Source: Candidatus Poribacteria bacterium (GTDB lineage Bacteria > Poribacteria > WGA-4E > PCPOR2b). Taken from it: a DNA stretch of 64,000 bases. The translations under genes were made by a program, and so were the position numbers. Below the pieces are notes generated by a model. That model was not told where the DNA came from. It made no database searches and saw only the letters and a program-made list of their open reading frames with translations. Where the stretch lies: positions 2,656,001 through 2,720,000 of the forward strand of contig OZ244042.1 of the NCBI GenBank assembly GCA_965215015.1. The letters are read 5' to 3'. This document shows positions 1 to 8,698 of this stretch, one piece after another. Within the stretch, counting starts at the first letter, position 1, and each line of letters starts with the position of its first letter.

Positions 1-199
1 GCAATGAAAACGCTGCGGGTGGGGCTTGGCTGCGGGGCTGGATATGCTTGCCTAAGTTGTCAAAAATGTTACGGGTCCGGCTGTTGATTTCGTCTATATT
101 ATCCTCGTAGCTTGCGTAAATAACATTTATTGGCTCAAACGGTGCTCGCTGCGCGCTTGACGCTATAACCTTTCTTGGGTTCACCGCTCGTTGTATCAT
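1..199 (-). CDS. Partial hypothetical protein running off the window start (MIQRAVNPRKVIASSAQRAPFEPINVIYASYEDNIDEIN...)
   Basis: Hand-translated open frame from ATG at 199; strong SD (AAGGAGGTGA) just after the methyltransferase stop. Confidence 0.45.
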   Translation of the reverse strand, partial: MIQRAVNPRKVIASSAQRAPFEPINVIYASYEDNIDEINSRTRNIFDNLGKHIQPRSQAPPAAFSL

Positions 200-221
200 C
201 AATCATTAGACTCACCTCCTT

Positions 222-1244
222 TCAAATATCGATAAATTCATACTGAGGAGTGGGCAAGCGGTCCTTAATTGTATTTAACTTATGGAGTGTTGCTTTTATG
301 GCATGTTCTGATTGGTCTATACCTATCCAGTTTCTACCTAGTAAATGTGCAGATTTCACGGTCGTCCCAGAACCACAAAAACAATCTAAAACAATACTTT
401 CAGGATTAGAAGAAGTTTTAATGATTCGGTCTAACAAGTTCGGATTCTTTTCTGTTGGATAAGTTGGGGATTGAGGGTCTTTATACTCCCAAATATCCTG
501 CACTCTTTTACCCGCTTGCTGATCCGCAAAGATTCTTTTCCTGGGGTTTCCCGTCGATGACCATTCTATCAGCCCTTCTTCATCCCATCTTTCTAAGGTT
601 TCCACATCTGTTCGCCAGTGGCGCCCCTTCGGAGGAAATAAGCCTTTGAATGCTTGGCTTGATTTACCGTTTTCTGTCTCGCCTGGGGCATGGAGCGGTA
701 CAGTTGTATATCTTCTTCCCCTTTTCACTTTGGGATATAACCGCGCTAGGTCTTTTTCTGTATACGGTTCTTTCGGTTCATTCCATATAGGTTGTAGCGA
801 TTTAGAATAGAATAAAATAAGGTCCTTTATATTTCCGTATCCTACCCGCTTAAAGTTCTTTGGATTACACTTTATTCTGGTAATGTCATTCCTGAAATTA
901 TTTATCCCAAAAACTTCATCCATCATAACTTTTACATAATGTCCGATTTTATAATCGATATGAAGATAAATAGAACCTTTATCCGATAGTAACTCTTTGA
1001 GTAGAAGTAATCTCTCTCTTAAAAATTCAATAAAGTCCTTTCCGGTGCGCTTATCAGAATAAGCGACATCACCTTTTCGGGAATTACTTACAGTAGATGC
1101 TCTTTCATCCGTAATTGTAAAATTACTGTTGGTCGCAAAGGGAGGGTCTATGTAGACCAAATCAATCCTACCTTTTAATCTTACCTTCCTCAGCAGGTAT
1201 TCAAGCCCCTTGATATTGTCCCCCTTTATAATTAGGTTCTGCAT
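222..1244 (-). CDS. Site-specific amino-DNA methyltransferase, beta class (Mod/N6_N4-like)
   Basis: YIDPPF catalytic motif N-terminal, LDCFCGSGTT SAM motif C-terminal, YPTEK motif; visibly AT-rich. Confidence 0.9.
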   Translation of the reverse strand: MQNLIIKGDNIKGLEYLLRKVRLKGRIDLVYIDPPFATNSNFTITDERASTVSNSRKGDVAYSDKRTGKDFIEFLRERLLLLKELLSDKGSIYLHIDYKIGHYVKVMMDEVFGINNFRNDITRIKCNPKNFKRVGYGNIKDLILFYSKSLQPIWNEPKEPYTEKDLARLYPKVKRGRRYTTVPLHAPGETENGKSSQAFKGLFPPKGRHWRTDVETLERWDEEGLIEWSSTGNPRKRIFADQQAGKRVQDIWEYKDPQSPTYPTEKNPNLLDRIIKTSSNPESIVLDCFCGSGTTVKSAHLLGRNWIGIDQSEHAIKATLHKLNTIKDRLPTPQYEFIDI

Positions 1245-1436
1245 TTGATAGCCCCCTCCTTATTTTAGAGTTGATACAAAAACTCTCTTAAAACTAACGA
1301 ACTCATGATGTTATTCGGGGATTCCTCGTTCGGCCCAACCGACGGACTATTTATGAGCACCCCTCAAAATTCTTAACTTGACAACCGGCTATGGAATACT
1401 CTAATATTTTACCATATATAGACGTGAGGAGAGAAT

Positions 1437-3011
1437 ATGGAAAGTGCTACACTTGCCGCAATCGATGTTGGATCCAACGCGATTCGGCTAAAGATTGTTG
1501 AAGTAAAAACTGATGGGACTGTTGAGGCGGTCTATCAGCACCGAGCACCCGTCCGTTTGGGACACGAGGTTTTCTTGACCGGGTTCCTAAACGATAATGT
1601 GATCGAAAAAGCAATCGAGGCATTTGGTGAATTTCGTGAAATCATCAATAAGATGAAGGTCCATACCACGCGCGCAATTGCGACCAGTGCAACACGCGAA
1701 GCCATCAATGGTGACAACCTCGTAAACCGTATCTACAATAGCTCCGGTGTACAGTTGGAACGTATCTCCGGCGGTGAAGAAGCCCGCCTCGTCCAACTCG
1801 CGGTCACTCGCAAAATCGATTTGCAGAATAAGGTCGCCCTGGTCATCGACATCGGCGGCGGGAGTGTTGAATTCGACGTCATCGATCACGGCTCAATTAT
1901 TTACTCCAACAGTCTTCGGTTAGGAACTGTAAGGCTGCAAGAGACCTTCCTACGAACGGATACTATTTCAGACTTACAGATTCTGTTGCTCAGGGCATAT
2001 ATGGAGCAGCTGCTCGAAACCACACTAGACGCCATCAACAAACACGAAATCGATTTGGTGCTCGGTACCGGCGGAAATGTCGAAGCACTCGGAAGGCAGT
2101 TGGGTGTTCTGGATCCGGATAACAACGAGTTTCCCAGAGACGTTCGTTTCATCCCACTACGGGATTTCCAACGCTTTGTCAGAGAGATTTCGAGACTCAG
2201 TGTGCAGGAACGCATGGAACGCTACGGTATGGAGCCGGACCGTGCTGACGTTATTTTGCCAGCGGGTCTCGTTCTCACGGAGGTAGTGAGCAATGTCATT
2301 GGGGCGAGGGGGCTTTATACCGCCAACGTCGGACTCAAGGATGGGTTACTTGCTGAGATGGCAGATCGCCATCGGAACTCATGGGACGTGACCTCCGAAG
2401 AAGCGGAGATTATCAAGGCGGCGATGGCCCTTGGCAACAAGTATCACTTCCATTTGGGACACGCCAAACAGGTTCGTTATTTGGCAGAGTTGCTGTTTGA
2501 TCAACTGCAACCGATTCATCGTTTGTCTTCAGAGTCGAGGCTGCTCCTGAGTGTGGCTGCAGCACTTCATGAAATCGGCGGCCATGTCAACCCATTGTCA
2601 CATCACAAACACTCCTACTACCTGATACGAAATTCGGAGATTGTTGGACTCAATGAAAAACAGCTTGAACTGGTTGCCAACATTGCCCGCTATCATCGCA
2701 AAGCATTCCCCAACCCCCACAAATCCTCGCATTTTCATTTTCAAAGCCTTTCGTATACTGAAAAGGAACAGGTGACCCGGTTGGCTGCTATTTTGCGGAT
2801 TGCTGATGCCTTAGACCATCAGCACAAATCGATTGTTGAGGATCTGAAAGTGAGGATTTTTGATGATGCGATTGAAATTGATGTGCGATCGTTCGACGAC
2901 TGTCTGTTGGAAAGATGGCATCTTCAAGAGAAGGGAAAATTGTTCGTCCATACATTTGGACGTTCTATCCGTCTGCTGGTGAATGGGAAAGTCGGTGAAC
3001 GGATTGATTAA
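1437..3011 (+). CDS. ppx: Exopolyphosphatase / pppGpp phosphohydrolase (Ppx/GppA) with C-terminal HD-like domain
   Basis: AIDVGSN, ATSATREA, SGGEEA, DIGGGS, GLKDG and ARYHRK motifs; SD GAGGAG. Confidence 0.92.
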   Translation: MESATLAAIDVGSNAIRLKIVEVKTDGTVEAVYQHRAPVRLGHEVFLTGFLNDNVIEKAIEAFGEFREIINKMKVHTTRAIATSATREAINGDNLVNRIYNSSGVQLERISGGEEARLVQLAVTRKIDLQNKVALVIDIGGGSVEFDVIDHGSIIYSNSLRLGTVRLQETFLRTDTISDLQILLLRAYMEQLLETTLDAINKHEIDLVLGTGGNVEALGRQLGVLDPDNNEFPRDVRFIPLRDFQRFVREISRLSVQERMERYGMEPDRADVILPAGLVLTEVVSNVIGARGLYTANVGLKDGLLAEMADRHRNSWDVTSEEAEIIKAAMALGNKYHFHLGHAKQVRYLAELLFDQLQPIHRLSSESRLLLSVAAALHEIGGHVNPLSHHKHSYYLIRNSEIVGLNEKQLELVANIARYHRKAFPNPHKSSHFHFQSLSYTEKEQVTRLAAILRIADALDHQHKSIVEDLKVRIFDDAIEIDVRSFDDCLLERWHLQEKGKLFVHTFGRSIRLLVNGKVGERID

Positions 3012-3091
3012 CGCAATAATTAGATAGGGGCTTTTTCTCCGATGGTGCAAGCTGGTGAGTCTGTTAAGTTCAAGAGTTCATCGGGTCATTC

Positions 3092-3484
3092 TTAGTCTTC
3101 GCGGGGCTTCAACTTATACCGGTTCGTTTCAGGTTGCAGCTCTCGAATCAGCGTCGTCTCCAACGCTAGTGTCTCTTGTCGCTCCTCCGTGAATACCACC
3201 GAAAATTGGACGTAGTCACGGAACATGCGGAGCTGCCGCCGAAGTTTTGGATTCTCTTCGTCCGAGAGATGCTGGAGCAAACGTCGGCGCACGCAGGTCG
3301 TGGACTGACCGACATAGAGACATTCCGGCGCGTCCTCCGTGCTCGTTGGAAGCCACAAAGCATATAAGCCGCACTGATCTCTTGGTAGCTGCCGCACTGC
3401 CTCCCGGGTAAATGGCTGCCGCTCGCGCTCTAGTCGGTACTTCACGGAAAATGGGGTGAGGTAACGGTAAGGTGTGTTGGGCAT
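3092..3484 (-). CDS. Stand-alone GIY-YIG nuclease
   Basis: GLY...LYVGQS...RRRLLQH...LE..LI..LQPETN matches GIY-YIG motif order. Confidence 0.8.
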   Translation of the reverse strand: MPNTPYRYLTPFSVKYRLERERQPFTREAVRQLPRDQCGLYALWLPTSTEDAPECLYVGQSTTCVRRRLLQHLSDEENPKLRRQLRMFRDYVQFSVVFTEERQETLALETTLIRELQPETNRYKLKPRED

Positions 3485-3497
3485 GAATTGTTAGATA

Positions 3498-3525
3498 GCA
3501 GGGAACACAGATCTGCGTTCCCTAC
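3498..3525. repeat. 28-bp GTAG-type REP palindrome (consensus GTAGGGAACGCAGATCTGCGTTCCCTAC), copy 1 of 4
   Basis: Near-perfect palindrome also at 29598, 47586 and 62092. Confidence 0.85.
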
Positions 3526-3651
3526 GAACCTTTTTTTCTTAGATGGAGGGGTGGGGTTCACCGTATCTATCTATAAAACCGTGTTGTTGAAAGGCAGCCC
3601 TCCTATTGTCCTTGATATGGATTCACTTTAACCCGTTCAACCCAACCTACC

Positions 3652-3727
3652 CCCCTTCAATATGTATAATTTTTGGAAATTATTATACATATTAGGTGGG
3701 ATATGTATAATATGTATACATATTGAT
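3652..3727. repeat. 76-bp AT-rich palindromic element, copy 1 (downstream of fic, upstream of GIY-YIG)
   Basis: 72/76 identical to 4989-5064; multiple TATGTATA/TATACATA boxes. Confidence 0.9.
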
Positions 3728-3856
3728 CTTGGATAGACTCCTTTGCATCAAGGTAGGTTAACTGTAAGGTATGTTGGACATGATTCCAGCCACACTCAAG
3801 AAACAAGCAAACTCCAACTTGGTTTTTCGCTCCCGCTTGTGGTCTCCGCCGCAATC

Positions 3857-4951
3857 TCACTCTGACAGCAATTCCATCAGGCCTGTGTTGATGTAATAGT
3901 ACTCTCGTCCAATCTTCAAGCGTTCGAGCAACCCGAGTTCCGCTATTTCATTCAAGTATTTTGTGGCTGTAAGGCGGCTACAGTCCAATTCGTTCTGGAC
4001 AATACTAATTTTGCAATAAGGCCACTTAAATAGTAGGTCAATAAATCCTTCGCGTTCAATGGCTTTCGCTTTGCCACGTGCCTTTGTAATTACGTCGTTG
4101 ATAAGGACATTAATTACTTCTATCCTGCGTGCAGTGTCTCGTGCTGTCTGTGTCACCGCTTCCAACATGTAGAGTATCCACTGCTGCCATTTTCCGTCTT
4201 CCGTGACTTTGCGTAGGTAACGGTAATACTCAGATCGCCTTTGAATAAAGAAACGGCTCAGGTAAAGTATCGGTACATCTAGCAGCCCTTGATGTATCAG
4301 GTAGAGGATGTTGAGTATGCGGCCTGTCCGTCCGTTTCCGTCTGTAAAGGGGTGTATCGCTTCAAATTGATAGTGTATCACTGCTAGTTTGACAAGGGGT
4401 TGGAGTTCGTCACTATTGTCATTGATGAAGTGCTCAAGGTTGGTTAACAATCTGATAAGTTTCTCATATCCGGTGGGGGGCGTATAGATGAGCTCCCGTG
4501 TAATTGGATTGACAATCCTCACCTGAGATCTACGCACAGGCATCTCTACACCCCGAATATTTGAGCAAATCCGCTCAAGGAGCGGTGTATTCAGAATGGA
4601 ACGATTGTTTAGGATAGTGAGGCCTTCCCACAATGCCTCGCGGTAGCGCAGCACCTCTTTAGTAGCAGGGCTCATTGGGGCTTTGTTAGAAGTCATCGCT
4701 CGATACAATTCATCGTTCGTAGTGACGATGTTTTCGATTTCCGAACTCTTGCGTGCCTCCTGAAGTGGTAATGTGTGGACCAGGACTGCTTCATTTGGTA
4801 GCATCTTTACCAAGGCGTTTGCTCTAGTAAGCTCCGAATGCGCCGAAATGCACGCTCTGAGTATGTCCCGCGATTCGATGTCCGCGGCCGGTGGAAGTTC
4901 AGGAATGTCATTCCATGGGGTATTTGGATCCAATCGGGCCCGCGTTGCCAT
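3857..4951 (-). CDS. Fic family protein (AMPylase) with N-terminal inhibitory motif and C-terminal wHTH
   Basis: Canonical HPFTDGNGRTGR; SSEIEN fits (S/T)xxxE(G/N); C-terminal ...TATKYLNE...GLL. Confidence 0.93.
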   Translation of the reverse strand: MATRARLDPNTPWNDIPELPPAADIESRDILRACISAHSELTRANALVKMLPNEAVLVHTLPLQEARKSSEIENIVTTNDELYRAMTSNKAPMSPATKEVLRYREALWEGLTILNNRSILNTPLLERICSNIRGVEMPVRRSQVRIVNPITRELIYTPPTGYEKLIRLLTNLEHFINDNSDELQPLVKLAVIHYQFEAIHPFTDGNGRTGRILNILYLIHQGLLDVPILYLSRFFIQRRSEYYRYLRKVTEDGKWQQWILYMLEAVTQTARDTARRIEVINVLINDVITKARGKAKAIEREGFIDLLFKWPYCKISIVQNELDCSRLTATKYLNEIAELGLLERLKIGREYYYINTGLMELLSE

Positions 4952-4988
4952 ATTCTACCATCTTTCGGTACGGGACAACGATTGTTGT

Positions 4989-5064
4989 CCCCTTCAATAT
5001 GTATAGTTTTTGCCAATTATTATACATATTAGGTGTGATATGTATAATATGTATACATATTGAT
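4989..5064. repeat. 76-bp AT-rich palindromic element, copy 2 (about 40 bp upstream of the fic start)
   Basis: Direct repeat of 3652-3727. Confidence 0.9.
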
Positions 5065-5115
5065 ATAACTGATTAGAGAAACGAGTTTTTTTAATTCGGT
5101 TTCTTTGACGGGGCA

Positions 5116-5184
5116 CTAAATCGGCATGTCGATCTGTCTGTCCTGTCTGTCCGCTGTCATCTGCTGCTGAATCCGTTCCCATTC
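5116..5184 (-). pseudogene. Diverged duplicate of the last ~20 codons of the DUF1156 gene
   Basis: Translates EWERIQQQMTADRQDRQIDMPI* versus EWEQIQKQMTADRQIDMPI* at 5352-5411. Confidence 0.85.
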
Positions 5185-5260
5185 AAAATGGACAGCCATC
5201 ACGGTAATCGTCAATTGCACAAGCCGATAGACGGACATGCTCACGTATGGAATCGGGTTT

Positions 5261-5351
5261 CCCCCTGCTTGCGGGAGGGTTAGGGAGGTACTTTACCCGC
5301 CACTTGCACCCTTCCTTCTATTCCCCCCTGCTTGCGGGGGGTCAGGGGGGG
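5261..5351. repeat. Two GC-rich REP-like hairpins (CCCCCTGCTTGCGGGGG..AGGGGG family)
   Basis: Copies at 5261-5288 and 5323-5351; reverse-complement copies at 13796-13881. Confidence 0.8.
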
Positions 5352-8159
5352 TTAAATCGGCATGTCGATCTGTCTGTCCGCTGTCATCTGCTTCTGAATC
5401 TGTTCCCACTCCGTGACGAGGTTATTGAAAATAACAGCGTTCTGGGAATCCCCCGTGCGGTCGTAGTGGTTGTAGAGGACGCGTGCCAACCGCTCGATAG
5501 ACTCAACATTGCCCCTCATCTCCCTGCCGACATGCGCTGCACCTTCAACACCCCTGCCATCCTCACGGTTCAGGTGGTATGCCATCCGGAAACAACCCGC
5601 CCACGCTGTCGTGTCGCCGAGGGGCAACTCCTCGCTTTCAGAAAACGCATCGAGCGGCAGTAGCTTGACCCACCCCCCTTTGGCGGTGAGTAGACCGTTA
5701 GAATGCTGCAACCCCCTGATGGTGACATTCTTGGCGCGTGCCAGCGTCTCCGCGTCACCGTAGGGACCCTCCGCATACCCGTGCTGCTTGAGCCAGGCGA
5801 GACAGAACCGACTCTCCAAATCCAGATCCCCCTCCTGACGCTCGTCGTAATCCGCTATGGCGCGGTTGATTGCTGCCAACGCCTCCCGCACCGACACCGA
5901 CTTGCCGCTGATAGTCTCCACACCGCTGTAACGGGAGTAAATCTGCATCCCCGGACCGATAGCGGCTTGCGCCAGATCCGTCGGTGCGATGTGCCCTTTT
6001 CGCGTCAGTTGGTCGAGTGCCGCGGGCAGTTCTTTGTCAAGGGCGTTGAAAAATTGACGGCGCGTTGCGGCGGGGGCATCACGGGGACGCGGGCGACAGA
6101 CCAGCACAATAGACGATGCTAGTGAGTTAGCATTCAAGGCGTTTGATCTTGCGGAAAGCTCAGTACGCATGGGCCAGGTGCCGACTATCTCAAAACCCGT
6201 TGACACGATAGCATTCAGCATCGTTTCCCAGCCGGTGGACGTTCTACCATCCCGCTCCTCCTCCTGCTGTTTGTAGGCGTAGAAGATGGAGGACGGAAAC
6301 TCCGGGCTGCATCGCTCTCGTATTAACTGGAGTGTCTTGTTCAGTAAGTCCTCAAATCGCTGCCGGGGATCATCAAATCGGGAAGGGATTGCGGTTATCT
6401 CCTCAGCTTTGGGGGTCAGAATACCGGCGAACAGGTCCGGGTAAATGTCGCGGAGTAGGGGACGCAGCCACACGTAGAAGAAATCGGACAGATCGGCATA
6501 GTCAATGTTGTTGTAGTAGGGTGGATCGGTGACGATGACCGGCCCATCTTGGGCGTGGATAGTGGTGGAGGCATCCGCCTGATGCACGGCACCGTTGTTT
6601 GCAGCTGCGGGCAATCGCTCGACAACTTTGGCTACCCACTCGATTTGAGCCATCCAGTTCTGCGAGGCATTACAGAAAGGATTGGATTCGCCAAAATCCC
6701 ACATCATTGGGATTGCTTGACGTGCAAAAACTCCGGCGACAGAGTCGCGGGAGTTTTCCCATCTTGCAAAGCTAGACCCGCTATGTGCGGTTCTACCGAT
6801 GGCTAGAGCGAGATAGGTTCGGAGAGAGTTGGTGTACTTCTCATCCCCCCCGTGTTCTGTTACTAATTCGTCAACCTCCTCTAGCAGGTCACTGAACGTG
6901 GTCAGCGCAGTGAGTTGACGCTCAGTGAAAAGTTGATGCCAATGGGTAATACCAAACCCTCGTCCACTTACCAAAGTAGGCGTATTTGGCATTGCTTGGG
7001 ACGGTCGCCACGCGGGTTCGGCAGATATTGCTGCCTTGATATGTTCGTCGGTCGGTGATACATAGAGCCGTCTGCGATCCCCCTCAGCGACGATGGCAGT
7101 CATCTGCTCGCTCATGTTGCCAGCCCTCGCCTGCTCACGGACATAAGACAACGGAGCCGCGCTGTTGCAGGCGATACAGACGGCACCGTGGCGGCCCACC
7201 GTGCCATCTTCGGGGACGCCACCACTGTGGCCCTGCACGACAAAGGAGACACGCTTCGACTCATAGTCAACGACAGGCCTAATCCAGTGTTGGTTGTTTC
7301 GCTTTTTCGAGAGTTGGAAGGTTTTCAGAAGGGGCAGCTCGACACCGCAGGCGGGATTGGGACAGGGGACCGTCCGTGCCCAAAGCCATGCAATCACAGT
7401 CGCATCGCTGCCATCGGGGAGTTTCACCTTCGGGTAAAGAGGGCCAATCCGCTTAAACGCCGCCTCACGCATCCATGCCCCGTAGTAGCGAATGTCGTCT
7501 GCAAGGCCGGACACACCGCGCCAAGGGACGCGCCGCGCGTTTCTGCCTCTGCCCGTAGATATGCCGAGGGGGTCCGCTTCGGGATTGACCGGAGGCAGAT
7601 GCTGAAACTTGGGCGGGATTTCAATCAACGCCTTGTTGATGAGGACTGCCACCGGATTGAGGTCTGAAGCAACGGACTTCAGTCCAAGCCGTTGTGCTTC
7701 GAGGGGGATAGAACCCCCACCGGCGAAGGGGTCATATATCGGCAGCGTACGGTCGTGCAGGTATTTCAACACTTCAACAGGGTCAGTGGGTGCTGTTTCT
7801 CCTCGGGAACGCGCCACCGAGCGGGCAATTTCGTAGCGTGCGTTTGCTAAGAGGGTTTTCACATCCAGTTGGGTCTCATCGGTGCTTTCCCATTTGACGA
7901 GCTGACGGATGATATTGTGGAGTCGTTCCCGCTCGGCATGTTGCTCGTGGTCGGTGGGGAACTCATCGGGGCAGTGGGAGGGGTCGTCCACCATGCTAGC
8001 AAAGATGACCGCGCGGCAAGCAGCCAACGGACGGCGTGCCCACCATAGATGCAATGTGGAGGGATGGCCGTGCCGGATGGATTTCTCACGGGCGGATTCG
8101 CTGTTGATGTCGTCTAACGGTAGGTCTACTTCAATCAGTTTACGTCGGTAAGCGGTCAT
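5352..8159 (-). CDS. DUF1156-family adenine DNA methyltransferase with Zn ribbon
   Basis: LHLWWARRPL N-terminal signature, DPFAGGG SAM motif, CPNPAC..CIAC, TDPPYY catalytic motif. Confidence 0.92.
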   Translation of the reverse strand: MTAYRRKLIEVDLPLDDINSESAREKSIRHGHPSTLHLWWARRPLAACRAVIFASMVDDPSHCPDEFPTDHEQHAERERLHNIIRQLVKWESTDETQLDVKTLLANARYEIARSVARSRGETAPTDPVEVLKYLHDRTLPIYDPFAGGGSIPLEAQRLGLKSVASDLNPVAVLINKALIEIPPKFQHLPPVNPEADPLGISTGRGRNARRVPWRGVSGLADDIRYYGAWMREAAFKRIGPLYPKVKLPDGSDATVIAWLWARTVPCPNPACGVELPLLKTFQLSKKRNNQHWIRPVVDYESKRVSFVVQGHSGGVPEDGTVGRHGAVCIACNSAAPLSYVREQARAGNMSEQMTAIVAEGDRRRLYVSPTDEHIKAAISAEPAWRPSQAMPNTPTLVSGRGFGITHWHQLFTERQLTALTTFSDLLEEVDELVTEHGGDEKYTNSLRTYLALAIGRTAHSGSSFARWENSRDSVAGVFARQAIPMMWDFGESNPFCNASQNWMAQIEWVAKVVERLPAAANNGAVHQADASTTIHAQDGPVIVTDPPYYNNIDYADLSDFFYVWLRPLLRDIYPDLFAGILTPKAEEITAIPSRFDDPRQRFEDLLNKTLQLIRERCSPEFPSSIFYAYKQQEEERDGRTSTGWETMLNAIVSTGFEIVGTWPMRTELSARSNALNANSLASSIVLVCRPRPRDAPAATRRQFFNALDKELPAALDQLTRKGHIAPTDLAQAAIGPGMQIYSRYSGVETISGKSVSVREALAAINRAIADYDERQEGDLDLESRFCLAWLKQHGYAEGPYGDAETLARAKNVTIRGLQHSNGLLTAKGGWVKLLPLDAFSESEELPLGDTTAWAGCFRMAYHLNREDGRGVEGAAHVGREMRGNVESIERLARVLYNHYDRTGDSQNAVIFNNLVTEWEQIQKQMTADRQIDMPI

Positions 8160-8218
8160 TTTAACTCCAAGGGTAGAACAGGAAAGGGTAATAAGAAGAC
8201 AAAGACCAGCGCATCCTT

Positions 8219-8698
8219 TCAGCCCCCTTTGGGAAGTACTTCAACCAGAGGGCGGTCACACCTCAATAGCTGGATGTTGAACCGCTCGCCTCTGAAGCGA
8301 ATGCGACTGCTTGACCTCAATAATCGATTTCTTTCGGCCCGGGGAAATTTGCCGCAGACCGCAACCGGCACAAATTGAACTCGCTCGCAACTAGGAATAA
8401 TACAATCAGCGGCAATGTTCGCCCCCGCTTGCAGTTGCTTCACGGCATCGCTGGCATCCAGTTTGCCCCTCTTCAACTCCAGTGGCACGAGAAAAACGTC
8501 ATCACAACCTCCGATGAAAATGTAGTCGCATTTTGTTTCGTTCTGTTCGCCCGGAGCTTCCGGCTTATCCATATCTATTGTGATTGATGGCGTCGGCGCA
8601 TTTTTCAAGGGCACGGAACACCCCTTTTTACGTAACCCCCCTTTTGCAAAGCATTCTTCGGGGAGGTTTTGCCTTATCTGGTTAACGAGATTTGCCAT
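8219..8698 (-). CDS. Small basic protein, putative PD-(D/E)xK nuclease fold
   Basis: KCDYIF...VPLELKRG...KQLQ pattern; start overlaps the ATPase stop by 17 nt. Confidence 0.6.
   Translation of the reverse strand: MANLVNQIRQNLPEECFAKGGLRKKGCSVPLKNAPTPSITIDMDKPEAPGEQNETKCDYIFIGGCDDVFLVPLELKRGKLDASDAVKQLQAGANIAADCIIPSCERVQFVPVAVCGKFPRAERNRLLRSSSRIRFRGERFNIQLLRCDRPLVEVLPKGG

Noticed and set aside
3652-3727. dif/pdif or integron attC site
   Set aside because: No XerD arm (TTATGTTAAAT) with 11-6-11 spacing and no RYYYAAC/GTTRRRY ends
3657-5182. ORFs 3657-3860 and 4994-5182 sharing the peptide QYVYILYISHLICII
   Set aside because: The shared peptide is just the translation of the 76-bp DNA repeat
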